Part shown: piece by piece, positions 49,027 through 59,221 of the stretch
Layout of the letters: each line of letters starts with the position of its first letter
Position numbering within the stretch: the first letter of the stretch is position 1
Source: Flavobacteriales bacterium
GTDB taxonomy: Bacteria > Bacteroidota > Bacteroidia > CAIKAF01
Direction of reading: 5' to 3'
DNA: 64,000 nucleotides
Assembly: GCA_025451295.1 (NCBI GenBank)
Contig: JANWKQ010000168.1
Location: 911-64,910, forward strand
Position numbers and translations under genes: made by a program
The notes under the pieces: generated by a model
What the model saw: only the letters and a program-made list of their open reading frames with translations
Database searches by the model: none
Told to the model about the DNA's origin: nothing

Positions 49027-51186
49027 ATGAGGAAAATTCGACCATTTGTTTTGACCTTTATTGGGTTTTTAGTCCAGTTAAATTTTTTATCTGCTCAGTT
49101 TGGGGATGTAGATAGTCTGGAGCGGGTATTGGCAGGTGGGAGTTTGCAACCGAAGGAAAAAGTACCGGTACTCCTGAAGTTATCAGACCTTTATCTTTCC
49201 CGGAACCATACAGTGGCATTTTCATATGCCAGTCAGGCAGTTTCGATATCAAAAAACTTAGGTGACAATAGTTTACTGGGATTTTCATATAGATCTCTTG
49301 GGAATTGCTATTCATATAGCGGAAATTATGATTCAACTGTTTTTTTTCTGAACCTGGCCTTAAAATATAACCCTGAGGATGTGACTGCCTTGTATTATCT
49401 CGGGCAGAATGAATGGTATAATGGCACAGAGGACAATTGTATTCTCTACTACGCAAAGGCAGAAAAGATTTGTTTGAAAAAAAACGATCTTAAAAACCTG
49501 GCTATTGTATATTATAGTCTGGCGGATTATTATCGGTATACGCAAAGAGATTCTTTGTCCGATTATTACGTTTCAATATCTATCATGATACTCGAAAAAT
49601 CAAATTTGTATGGTGACCTGGCAACAGCCTATAATATTAAAGCTGAAATGTATAGGACCAGAGGAGAGTATAAAATGGCCCTGGAAACCTATATTAAAAC
49701 CGCTAAGCTAGCCTATCAGGTGTTGGATTCAACAAGAATTGGTTATTGTTTTAGCCGGATGGGAAATATCTATTATATGCAAAACGATTTTGTACTTGCA
49801 GAGAAGTTTCTCATTCGAAGTCTGGATATTGCTGAAAAAGTAAAAGGACGTAATCTCGAGCTTTTCTGCTTAAAGACATTAACAGATATGTTTTCTAACA
49901 TGAGAAACACAGAGAAGTGTCTTTATTATGCGAACCTATGTATACAAGTGGGTAGAGAAATGAAGGAAGAATCGGCCATTAGTCTCGCTTATTCATCATT
50001 GAGCACATTGTATTATGGAATGGGTCTGGTGGATTCTGCCAGATCATATGCGGATAAATCATATAAGCTTGCCATCGAGAACAATGATCCTATTAATATG
50101 CTCAACTCAATTCTCAATATTATCCCTATTGAATTTGATGCAGGAAATTATACTAAGGTTGTACAGCTTACCGGGGAAGGTATAGAACTGGCAAAATTTA
50201 CCGAAACGATGGAGCATTTAAGAGATTTGTATAAATTTCAATACCGGGCCTATGAAAAACTAGGTGATAAAACAGCCTCCTTCGAAGCGTTTGATCAATA
50301 CAGAATGTACGAGGACTCCTTAAGCAACGATAATGTGCAACTGGGGATGAAAGAAAGTGAACTGGAGATGAATTATCAGGACAAACATCTCGCAGATACG
50401 CTTGTCTATATTGAAAATTCTCAAAAAGCACGCCAGGAAATTCTGCTTCAAAAGCAACGGTCGAAATATACGTTAGCCATTGGAGTGATTGTTGCTATTT
50501 TGTTATCGATCATTATTTTTATTATCTGGAGTACGAGCCGTAAACGAAAAAAACTGAATTTATCTCTGTCTGAATCAAATCACGACAAGGAGCTTTTATT
50601 AAAGGAGATCCATCATCGGGTAAAAAATAGTCTTCAGGTGGTATCAAGTTTGTTGAATCTTCAAAAAACACAAACAAATAAGAAGAAATTCGATGAACTT
50701 ATTGATGAAAGTCAGATCAAGATTGCCAATATTGCGATCGTACATGAATTACTTTATCAATCCAGTTCATTTAAAAAGATCAACCTGAAGCAATATATAG
50801 ATAAACTTGGCGAACATGTGTTAAAAACACTGGGAGATCCTAACAAGCATATAACGATTACAAATGTTACCGGAGATGTTGAGATCAGCCTTGAGAAAAG
50901 TGTGCCTTTGGCTTTGGTGGTCAACGAAATTATTACCAATAGCGTAAAGTATGCCTTTAATGAAAAGAAAGAGGGGAATATTCGCATTGAATGCAGGAAG
51001 AACCAGGAAACGATCGAGGTGAGGATAGCTGACAATGGATCCGGCATGGCAAAAGAGCAACTCAATAATGAACAGGGTATAGGGATGACACTTATTCAGG
51101 GTTTTGTAAAACAATTAAAGGGCGAATTGACCTATGGAAATGAGAATGGATGTTTTTTTGTATTTTCATTCCCTGATACCAACTAA
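49027..51186 (+). CDS. Sensor histidine kinase with periplasmic TPRs (HisKA_2 type)
   Basis: Signal peptide, TPRs, one TM helix, EIHHRVKNSLQ, VHELLY, NEIITNSVKYAF, DNGSG, GIGMTLI. Confidence 0.92.
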   Translation: MRKIRPFVLTFIGFLVQLNFLSAQFGDVDSLERVLAGGSLQPKEKVPVLLKLSDLYLSRNHTVAFSYASQAVSISKNLGDNSLLGFSYRSLGNCYSYSGNYDSTVFFLNLALKYNPEDVTALYYLGQNEWYNGTEDNCILYYAKAEKICLKKNDLKNLAIVYYSLADYYRYTQRDSLSDYYVSISIMILEKSNLYGDLATAYNIKAEMYRTRGEYKMALETYIKTAKLAYQVLDSTRIGYCFSRMGNIYYMQNDFVLAEKFLIRSLDIAEKVKGRNLELFCLKTLTDMFSNMRNTEKCLYYANLCIQVGREMKEESAISLAYSSLSTLYYGMGLVDSARSYADKSYKLAIENNDPINMLNSILNIIPIEFDAGNYTKVVQLTGEGIELAKFTETMEHLRDLYKFQYRAYEKLGDKTASFEAFDQYRMYEDSLSNDNVQLGMKESELEMNYQDKHLADTLVYIENSQKARQEILLQKQRSKYTLAIGVIVAILLSIIIFIIWSTSRKRKKLNLSLSESNHDKELLLKEIHHRVKNSLQVVSSLLNLQKTQTNKKKFDELIDESQIKIANIAIVHELLYQSSSFKKINLKQYIDKLGEHVLKTLGDPNKHITITNVTGDVEISLEKSVPLALVVNEIITNSVKYAFNEKKEGNIRIECRKNQETIEVRIADNGSGMAKEQLNNEQGIGMTLIQGFVKQLKGELTYGNENGCFFVFSFPDTN

Positions 51187-51188
51187 AA

Positions 51189-51953
51189 ATGACTGATCCA
51201 ATCAACATATTGATCGTGGAAGATGAATTTGCCGTTGCACTGGATGTACAAACCCGGTTGCAGAACATGGGCTTCGGGGTCCTCGGCATTGCTACCAACT
51301 TTGACGAAGCGGTTTCCAAAGCAGCTACTGAAAATCCACATGTGGTCATTATGGACATTAATATTTCAGGTTCAAAAACCGGAATTGACGCTGCCAAAGT
51401 GATCTGGGAAAAATTTGAGATCCCGGTTGTATACCTTACAGGTGTGAATGAGCCCGAGATCATTGAGGAAGCTTTGGCCACAAGACCTATGGGTTATATA
51501 TTGAAGCCATTTAATGATGAGAGTATGAGGAGCCAGCTCATGATCGCCCATCAGCAGAAAAAGTCATTGGAATTTTTACGTGAAAAGGTGAAGCATTATG
51601 AAAATGTGATGAGTACTGTTGTTCCTGACAAACCAAATAAGGATATTTTGTTCATTAAGGACAGCAAACAGATTTTTCAACTTTCCGTTAATGAGATTGC
51701 ATATCTCGAGGCGATGGATAATTATACATTACTATATACGGCCAATAATACCAAATATGTAATTAATGGTTTTCTAAAAGATATTATCGACAAGATTGCC
51801 AATAATAGTATTATCCGGATCCACCGTTCGTATGCGATCGCCAAGCAACATATCAAACAGATTGAGGAAAACACGGTAACTATTGGAGCCAGAATATTAC
51901 CGGTAAGTAAATCGTACCGGGAAAGTTTTTATAGTTCAATTAATCCGATATAG
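51189..51953 (+). CDS. REC-LytTR response regulator
   Basis: ILIVEDE, MDINI, GYILKPF; LytTR motifs IAYLEAMDNY, IRIHRSY, LPVSKSYR. Confidence 0.93.
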   Translation: MTDPINILIVEDEFAVALDVQTRLQNMGFGVLGIATNFDEAVSKAATENPHVVIMDINISGSKTGIDAAKVIWEKFEIPVVYLTGVNEPEIIEEALATRPMGYILKPFNDESMRSQLMIAHQQKKSLEFLREKVKHYENVMSTVVPDKPNKDILFIKDSKQIFQLSVNEIAYLEAMDNYTLLYTANNTKYVINGFLKDIIDKIANNSIIRIHRSYAIAKQHIKQIEENTVTIGARILPVSKSYRESFYSSINPI

Positions 51954-51954
51954 C

Positions 51955-52446
51955 TTGAATATTTTTCTCATCGGTTTCATGGGTAGCGGAAAATCCACCC
52001 TGGGAAAGGAACTAGCCCAACAACTTCGACGGAGTTTTATTGAAACGGATGATTGGATTGAACGATCTGAGGAAAAAAAGATCAGCGAAATTTTTTCAGA
52101 AAAAGGGGAGACTCATTTCAGGGAAAAGGAGAGCCTTTTTTTGCATCAGCTTCAACTGGTAGATGAATGTATAATAGCCACTGGAGGTGGCATGCCATGT
52201 TATAAAAATAATATGGAGCTTATGAATCAGTTGGGTATGACTATTTGGCTGGATGTGGAGGAAAATATGCTGGTAGAACGATTAAAAAAAGAAAAAAATG
52301 TTCGACCCTTATTGGCGAATGTTGAAAATGTGGAGCAGAAAATTCACGAACTATTGAAAATGAGAAGTCCCTCTTATTCAAAAGCAAAACATATCATTAA
52401 AAACCCAACAGCCAATAATTTGTTGGAATTAATCGCATCCGGATAG
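51955..52446 (+). CDS. aroK: Shikimate kinase
   Basis: LIGFMGSGKST, GETHFREKE, ATGGG, RPLL. Confidence 0.93.
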   Translation: MNIFLIGFMGSGKSTLGKELAQQLRRSFIETDDWIERSEEKKISEIFSEKGETHFREKESLFLHQLQLVDECIIATGGGMPCYKNNMELMNQLGMTIWLDVEENMLVERLKKEKNVRPLLANVENVEQKIHELLKMRSPSYSKAKHIIKNPTANNLLELIASG

Positions 52447-52456
52447 CTATCGGATG
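52436..52456. repeat. Short REP-like palindrome
   Basis: CATCCG(G)ATAG-CTAT-CGGATG between convergent aroK and fabH. Confidence 0.45.
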
Positions 52457-52469
52457 GGACAAAGATTTA

Positions 52470-53459
52470 TTAGTGACCCCATTTCACCCAGATGGCTCCC
52501 CAGGTAAAGCCTCCACCGAAGGCGGATAGAATAAGATTGTCGCCCTTTTTCAGTTGACTTTCATAATCCCATAGACAAAGCGGAATAGTTCCACTGGTGG
52601 TGTTGCCATAACGCTGAATGTTCATCATGATCTTGCTTTCGTCCAAACCCATTCGCTGTGCAGTGGCATCAATAATTCTTTTATTCGCCTGGTGTGGAAC
52701 CAACCAGCTGATGTCATCCCCTTTGAGATTATTTTTTTCCATGATCTCGGCACTAACATCCGCCATACCTTTTACGGCAAATTTAAAAACAGCCTGACCT
52801 TCCTGATAAATATAGTGTTCCTTAGCATCCACTGTTTCATGGGTGGGTGGCCGGCGGCTTCCACCTGCTTTTTGATGAAGATGAGTAACCCCTGATCCAT
52901 CACTTTTTAAAATACTATCCAGGATACCAAATCCTTCGGTATTGGGTTCCAATAAAACAGCACCTGCACCATCTCCAAAAAGAATAGAGGTAGAACGATC
53001 GGTATAATCTACAATGCTGCTCATTTTATCAGCTCCAACAACGATTACTTTTTTAAACTGCCCGGCTTCGATAAATTTCGAACCGGTTACCAGTGAAAAT
53101 AAAAACCCGCTGCAGGCGGCATTAATATCATAGCCCCATGAATTGGTTGCACCCACTGCGGAAGAAATAATGTTCGCTGTTGCAGGGAATGTCATATCTG
53201 GGGTAACAGTAGCACAAATTATCAGTTCAATTTCCTTTGGATCAATACCTCTTTTTTTGATCAATCCTTTCACAGCTTCGATGGCCATTACAGATGAGCC
53301 CTGATCTTTTCCTTTTAAAAGTCTTCTCTCTTTGATACCCGTTCTTGAAACGATCCATTCATCATTGGTATCTACCATTTGCTCCAGTTCTTTATTGGTA
53401 AGAACATATTCAGGAACATAACCCTGCACCGCTGTTATGGCTGCAGTTATTTTAGGCAT
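52470..53459 (-). CDS. fabH: Beta-ketoacyl-ACP synthase III
   Basis: [50 protein letters not shown]. Confidence 0.96.
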   Translation of the reverse strand: MPKITAAITAVQGYVPEYVLTNKELEQMVDTNDEWIVSRTGIKERRLLKGKDQGSSVMAIEAVKGLIKKRGIDPKEIELIICATVTPDMTFPATANIISSAVGATNSWGYDINAACSGFLFSLVTGSKFIEAGQFKKVIVVGADKMSSIVDYTDRSTSILFGDGAGAVLLEPNTEGFGILDSILKSDGSGVTHLHQKAGGSRRPPTHETVDAKEHYIYQEGQAVFKFAVKGMADVSAEIMEKNNLKGDDISWLVPHQANKRIIDATAQRMGLDESKIMMNIQRYGNTTSGTIPLCLWDYESQLKKGDNLILSAFGGGFTWGAIWVKWGH

Positions 53460-54399
53460 TCGGTATTGCTTCTTTTAATTTGGCCACAAAACTTTCTTCC
53501 ACAAGTTCCTTGGTAAGTTTGATCATGTTCTTAATGGCTACGGGTGAGCTGATACCATGACCAACCACCACAACTTTGTTGACGCCTAGGATAGGGGATC
53601 CGCCATGTTGCTCGTAATCCATTTTCGCAAAGAAAGGATCGTTTTTGAGTCCTCTTCTAAGTCCGATCTCATAAAACTTTTCAGCAAGTTTAAGAACAAC
53701 ATTTCCTACAAATCCGCTGCAAACGGCTACATCGGTTTTACCATCGAAAAGTTCACGACCTTCAATATTTCCAATGAAGTTTATTTTTTCATATTCGGCC
53801 ATCAACTTGTGAGAAGCAATAGAAAGCTGACTTCCTTTTTCTGGCTCTTCTCCAATATTTATGAGGGCAACTTTGGGGTCTTCAAATTTTAAATGCACTT
53901 CAGCATATGTAGAACCCAGGATAGCAAAATCAAGCAGGTTTTCGGGTTTACAATCTGCGTTGGCACCTACATCCAATAAAATTCCATCTTTTCCATTCAG
54001 ATTGGGTAAGGCGGATAATAAACAAGGCCGTAGATCTTCTCTCAGCAAACCAAGTTTCATCACAGAACCTACAAGCATAGAACCAGAATTTCCTGCACTA
54101 CAGAAACCATCAATCTTGCCTTCCTGAAGAAGGTCAAAACCCTTTACAATAGATGAATTTGGACTTGATGCAATGCTTTTAACAGGTGAGCTTGACATAG
54201 TAATTCCATCAGGTGCATGGAAAAATTCAAATTTATCGGTAGGGCAATTCTCCTTAGCCAGGGCAGCCTTTATTTCTTCTTCATTTCCAATCAATACTAA
54301 GGTGCAGTCGTTGCCAAATTCTTCAAGGGCAAGCATAGCGCCTTTGAGGGTGGATTCCGGGGCGAAGTCCCCACCTAAAATATCAACTCCGATTTTCAT
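53452..54399 (-). CDS. plsX: Phosphate acyltransferase
   Basis: [52 protein letters not shown]. Confidence 0.93.
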   Translation of the reverse strand: MKIGVDILGGDFAPESTLKGAMLALEEFGNDCTLVLIGNEEEIKAALAKENCPTDKFEFFHAPDGITMSSSPVKSIASSPNSSIVKGFDLLQEGKIDGFCSAGNSGSMLVGSVMKLGLLREDLRPCLLSALPNLNGKDGILLDVGANADCKPENLLDFAILGSTYAEVHLKFEDPKVALINIGEEPEKGSQLSIASHKLMAEYEKINFIGNIEGRELFDGKTDVAVCSGFVGNVVLKLAEKFYEIGLRRGLKNDPFFAKMDYEQHGGSPILGVNKVVVVGHGISSPVAIKNMIKLTKELVEESFVAKLKEAIPNA

Positions 54400-54496
54400 T
54401 TTAATTCCAGTATAGATTTATATGGAGCTGTTAAGCGAGCACGAATATATGGAAAGTATATAAATGAGTGGCTACCTGCGTTTAAATAAAAAATAA

Positions 54497-54526
54497 ATCC
54501 GGCAAAACCTGTTGGAAATGCCGGAT
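54497..54526 (-). terminator. Hairpin/terminator after rpmF
   Basis: ATCCGGCA...TGCCGGAT with an adjacent A-rich tract. Confidence 0.55.
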
Positions 54527-54546
54527 CAGAAAGAGTTTTGGTCAAA

Positions 54547-54738
54547 TTAAGCCTCCGCTTTTGCTTCAACCACCAGTTTCCCGTTATAATACAGGTTCCC
54601 GTCCACATAATAAGCTCTGTGGCGCTGGTGAACCGTACCTGTTGAATTGCAGGTTGTGAGGCTAGCTGTGGTAGCTTTATAGTGGGTTCTTCTTTTATCC
54701 CTTCTGGTTTTCGATATTTTTCGCTTAGGATGCGCCAT
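54547..54738 (-). CDS. rpmF: 50S ribosomal protein L32
   Basis: MAHPKRKISKTRRDKRRTHYK. Confidence 0.97.
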   Translation of the reverse strand: MAHPKRKISKTRRDKRRTHYKATTASLTTCNSTGTVHQRHRAYYVDGNLYYNGKLVVEAKAEA

Positions 54739-54766
54739 TTTCTGTAGTTTTTAAATTTTAATATCC

Positions 54767-55285
54767 TTATTTCAATTTTTTTAGGGCATCCCACCTGGGA
54801 TCGTCCTTTTTATCTTTTCCTTGCAAATGAGCCATTTTTTCCAAAACCTCCTCATCACAGGGCTTTTCACTTTCTTTCATTTCCGAACAATCCACTTTCC
54901 AAGGCACCGCCAGACAAATGTACTCGTAAATATAAGGCGCCAGGTCAATTTCATATTCTGCCTGCGGAAGTGTAATAATCATTTCATTATCATCTTCCAG
55001 ACTATCGCCAAATTTTACGATCAGTTTATTGTTCGCTTCAACATGTTGGGGAATTTCTGCCAGGCATCTGTCACAAACAGTTCCCATGGTACCCGTATGT
55101 TTAAAGTCAAAGATCATCATCGTAATGTCTTTCATTAAGTCTATATCCATACGGATGTGAACATCGTGAAAGTCATGATCTGTTTCAAACGACTCAAAGA
55201 ACTTGTCTGTTATTTCAAAGCTAAACTGATGCCTTCCCTGCTTTAATCCTTCGTACGGAATAATATATTCAGTATTTTTCTTCAC
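54767..55285 (-). CDS. YceD/DUF177 family protein
   Basis: GLKQGRHQF, CDRCL, IDLAPYIYEYI, DPRWDALKKL; upstream of rpmF; start uncertain (55285-55306). Confidence 0.9.
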   Translation of the reverse strand: MKKNTEYIIPYEGLKQGRHQFSFEITDKFFESFETDHDFHDVHIRMDIDLMKDITMMIFDFKHTGTMGTVCDRCLAEIPQHVEANNKLIVKFGDSLEDDNEMIITLPQAEYEIDLAPYIYEYICLAVPWKVDCSEMKESEKPCDEEVLEKMAHLQGKDKKDDPRWDALKKLK

Positions 55286-55485
55286 AAAGAGCAAATTGGG
55301 CGACAAAGATACGATTAATGTTCAAAGTTCAAAGCGCTCAATGTCCAAAACTTCAGCCTTTTCAAGGTTTTTTGGTGTCTTTATGCCGGGCCAACCCGGT
55401 TTTGCAGGTTTCTCAAAATCGAATGAACATTGCGATTGGCGCTGGTTTTCTGGGAGGGCCTACAACTGCTGCAAGGCCAACTCCT

Positions 55486-55615
55486 GCCGTCTTTCGCTTG
55501 AGCCCTTGTTCTGCATACCCCACAGTTCTATGTGCCGGATGATATTTCGGACCTTTACTCATATGCCTTAAAAACTGTGAGGCCAGCAAAACAAGGGACT
55601 ATCGCTCCACCCGGC
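55486..55615 (-). repeat. Divergent member of the structured intergenic element family (copy F)
   Basis: Minus strand GGAGCGATAGTCCCTTGTT...AACAAGGGCTCAAGCGAAAGACGGC with a long inner stem. Confidence 0.45.
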
Positions 55616-55693
55616 TCTCCGCAAGGGTATTTTTGAGGATTTCAAATACCATTTTAAAAACCCTTAGCGTTATATATGTAAACATCACGGCGT

Positions 55694-56620
55694 ATGAAAA
55701 CAATCACCCTCCCAATCATTGCATTTCTGTTCATTACAGGACTGGCCTCTGCTCAAAAAAATCATAAAGAAATCTCTTTTAAAAAGAACAAAACCACCGG
55801 AACTTACATGGATCTTAAAAAGATCGAGTCTTTTTTTTCTTACATCCCTATGCAAAGCTATCAGATGCCTGACAATCGGATCGTATCGGTCAAAAGTTTT
55901 TATATGTTACGTTTTGAGGTGCCTAATATGATGTATCATATGTTTATGGATGATTTGGCGTTTGAAGGAAGAACAATGGATTTTAATATGGCCTATCCTG
56001 ATACGAATATCTGGTTCAGCGGATTGAGTCCATATCAGCATTACTATTATCAGCATCAGGCCTATCATGAATATCCGGTATTGGGTGTTTCGCGGGAAGG
56101 AGTGAATTTGTTTTGTTCATGGCTTGAGGAAAAAATAAAAATACTTTCACCAAAAGAATGGAGGAATAAAAAAATAAGTATCCGCCTGCCTTCCGAGGCC
56201 GAATGGATGATTGCTGCATCCGGTGATATAAACAATGCAGTGTATGCATGGAAGGGCTCTTATATGCGATATCCATCCGGGATCTGGCAGGGAGACTACA
56301 TGGCGAATTTTTGCAAGATAAACGATAGCGAGATCATCCGCGATGAAAATGGAAAACTAACTGTTGAATCTACAACTAGTTTTGCCGGAAGTCTTGATGA
56401 TAATGCGTACATCACATCACCGGTTATTTGCTATTGGCCAAATGGATATGGGTTATACAATATGTGTGGCAACGTAAGAGAAATGGTGCAGGAAGAGGGT
56501 TTTACAAAAGGCGGAGGATGGATCGATCCGGGAAGCGAATTAAAGATTACCGCCAGAAATACATATCAAAAAGAAGGATTTCCCTGTGAAGGTTTCAGAG
56601 TTGTTATTATGTTGGAATAG
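55694..56620 (+). CDS. Formylglycine-generating enzyme (SUMF1)/GldK-like domain protein
   Basis: Signal peptide; FYM..FEV.N, YPVLGVS, RLPSEAEW, PNGYGLYNMCGNVREM, KGGGW, GFR. Confidence 0.85.
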   Translation: MKTITLPIIAFLFITGLASAQKNHKEISFKKNKTTGTYMDLKKIESFFSYIPMQSYQMPDNRIVSVKSFYMLRFEVPNMMYHMFMDDLAFEGRTMDFNMAYPDTNIWFSGLSPYQHYYYQHQAYHEYPVLGVSREGVNLFCSWLEEKIKILSPKEWRNKKISIRLPSEAEWMIAASGDINNAVYAWKGSYMRYPSGIWQGDYMANFCKINDSEIIRDENGKLTVESTTSFAGSLDDNAYITSPVICYWPNGYGLYNMCGNVREMVQEEGFTKGGGWIDPGSELKITARNTYQKEGFPCEGFRVVIMLE

Positions 56621-56628
56621 CAGCGACT

Positions 56629-57729
56629 TTACTCCTTGTCCTCGATAAACGGCTCGTCTTGTGCTTTAAGTAATTCTCCACTTAAAGTTTTCAGCGGATT
56701 TTTCGTAAGCTCTTTATTGTTGGTCCGCGTCAAATAAAGGTCTGCTGCCAGATACAATGCATCTCTGAAAGAGGTTACATCCGCCTTATCTTTTCCTACC
56801 AGATCAAAACCTGGTCCATGATCCGGTGATGTTCGAATGAAATTCAATCCTGCGGTATAATTTACACCACCAATACCGGCGAGTGTTTTAAATGGTACCA
56901 ATCCCTGGTCATGATACATGGCCAGAATGCCATCATAATTTTTAAAATTACCTGATGCAAAAAAACCATCCGCCGCAAACGGACCCATTACCAACATGTT
57001 TTTTTCTTTCAACGTCTCAATGGCAGGTATAATAATTTCTGCTTCTTCATTTCCGAATTTTCCATGATCCCCGGCATGCGGATTTAAGGCAAGAACGGCA
57101 ATCTTAGGTTTTGAAATAGAGAAATCCCGTACCAATGTTTCTTTTAAAAGTTGTGCTTTTTTTATAATATTTTATTTGGTGAGAGATGCCGTGATCTTAC
57201 TAATACCAACATGTCCGGTAACCAATGCCACCCTCAGATTTTCATGTACCATGAGCATCAATGATTCTTTTCCGGCTTTATCGGCAAAATATTCTGTATG
57301 CCCTGCAAAAGAAAAACCTACTTTTTCAAGATTTGATTTATCGATCGGAGCTGTTACCAATCCATGAATTTTTCCGGCCACCAGATCCGCTGTGCCAGCT
57401 TCGAGACTCATCACCGCATATTTTGCACCGGTTTCATTGGAAACTCCGGGATCTATTTTGGCTTCTTCCTGCCATACATTGATGAGATTTACTTTTCCAG
57501 CCTGTGCTTCTTCAACTGTTCTAATCGCATGGTAAACGAAATTTTCGGCAGTACACATTTTTTTATAAAAAGAAAATACACGTGCTGAGCCATAAATAAC
57601 AGGAGTAAAAGTTTCAAGAATATCCGGCTCCTCAAAAGTTTTCAGGATCAATTCAGGACCAATTCCATTAAAATCCCCCAGGGTAATTCCAATCTTTATT
57701 TTATTCTGCCCTGTTGCCTTATTCATCAT
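56629..57729 (-). pseudogene. pdxA: 4-hydroxythreonine-4-phosphate dehydrogenase interrupted by one in-frame TAA (57172-57174)
   Basis: N-half GDFNGIGPE, VTAPIDK, GHTEY; C-half LNPHAGD, AMYHDQG, RTSPDHG; both halves in one frame across ...SLTK*NIIKKAQLLKETLVRDF. Confidence 0.85.
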
Positions 57730-57742
57730 ACCAATGAGCTTT

Positions 57743-59164
57743 TTACTTGAGTTTATTGAGTACAAACTGGGTTAATAGTCTAACGCCAGCTCCTGTTCCA
57801 ATCACAGTTCTATATCCTCTTGGAGAATCCAGTAATGCGTTTGAAATATCCAAGTGGATCCATGGATAGCCCACAAAATGTTCCAGGAATTTTCCTGCTG
57901 TAATTGCACCAGCTTTAGGTCCACCTATATTTTTTATATCTGCTATATTTGATTTGAGCAAATCTCCATATTCGTCCCATAACGGAAATTTTACAAGCCT
58001 TTCATACACATCAAAACCGGCTTTTTCAAGTTTGCTGAATTCATCCGTCGCATTTTTTTCCATTCCTACAATCCCCATTTCTCCAATAGCAGCAACCGCT
58101 GCTCCGGTTAAGGTAGCAAGATCAATCACCAGCTCAGGATCATATTTTTTTGCATAATGTAGTGCATCTGCCAGAATAAGCCGTCCTTCTGCATCTGTAT
58201 TCATTACTTCCACCGTTTTTCCGCTTGCCATCGTGAGAATATCGCTTACGACAATGGCATTCCCATCAATCCTGTTATCCGTTGCGGGGATTAAACCAAT
58301 TACATGGTAGGGTAATTTTGATTTAGCAATAGCGTATAAGGCACCTACCACCGCAGCGGCTCCTGCCATATCTCCCTTCATTTGCTCCATAGAAGGCGAT
58401 GGCTTCAGACTAATTCCGCCGGTATCGAAAACCACTCCTTTACCTACAAAGATCAGCGGATTTTTATTAGCTGGTTTGGCCGGCTTATATTCCAGTATAT
58501 TAAATGTGGGTGTATCTTCACTGCCTTTATTTACTCCCAGCAGACCTCCCATTTTTAAACTTTCAATTTTTTTCCGCGTAAAATATTCAAATTTAAAACC
58601 TGCCTTTTTAGAAAGCTTTTCAATTTCTTTACTCAGTTTTTCTGCTGTTAAATAACATACAGGCTCATTTACCAGTGTACGGGCTGCAAAAGTACCTTCT
58701 ATCAGATTGGAGAGCACTTCAACTTCCTTTTTCTCGATCTTTCCTACCAGGGTTATTTTTTTGAAACGGAATTTACCTGGTTTAGAAAAATACTTATCGA
58801 ACTGGTAAGCGGTTAGTGCAAGACCTTCTGCAAGGGTTAAGGCAGCCCGGGCCGAAACAACACCATCAATATGGACCTCGTTCTGATGAAAACTCTTCAG
58901 TTGTGCATAGATCCTTGATCCATGAAGACGCATCTTTTCTAAACCTCCTGGGGTATTTATATCTGCCAGTTTTACCAGGTAATAGAAAGATTCGTAACGA
59001 TTGATGAATACCATTTCTTTGGCATCTTTACCCGAAAATTCCTTCTTAATAAATGCGGTCTCTTTTTTATCGAATTTGTAGTTTTTGAGGCATTTTAGCT
59101 CAGCATCTGCAATGATAATGTTTGACGAAAGGCGTTTGGTGGCCAGTTCGAATTTGATCTCCAT
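57743..59164 (-). CDS. pepA: Leucyl aminopeptidase (M17)
   Basis: VGKGVVFDTGGISLK, MKGDMAGAA, NTDAEGRLILAD, DLATLTGA, WIHLDI. Confidence 0.93.
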   Translation of the reverse strand: MEIKFELATKRLSSNIIIADAELKCLKNYKFDKKETAFIKKEFSGKDAKEMVFINRYESFYYLVKLADINTPGGLEKMRLHGSRIYAQLKSFHQNEVHIDGVVSARAALTLAEGLALTAYQFDKYFSKPGKFRFKKITLVGKIEKKEVEVLSNLIEGTFAARTLVNEPVCYLTAEKLSKEIEKLSKKAGFKFEYFTRKKIESLKMGGLLGVNKGSEDTPTFNILEYKPAKPANKNPLIFVGKGVVFDTGGISLKPSPSMEQMKGDMAGAAAVVGALYAIAKSKLPYHVIGLIPATDNRIDGNAIVVSDILTMASGKTVEVMNTDAEGRLILADALHYAKKYDPELVIDLATLTGAAVAAIGEMGIVGMEKNATDEFSKLEKAGFDVYERLVKFPLWDEYGDLLKSNIADIKNIGGPKAGAITAGKFLEHFVGYPWIHLDISNALLDSPRGYRTVIGTGAGVRLLTQFVLNKLK

Positions 59165-59221
59165 ATTCTTTAAAATTAAGCAAATCTAAGAAATCCTGCC
59201 GGTTTTATTATCTTTATCCTG

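Noticed and set aside
54396..54794. 132-aa ORF overlapping rpmF
   Set aside because: Alternative frame over the real L32 gene
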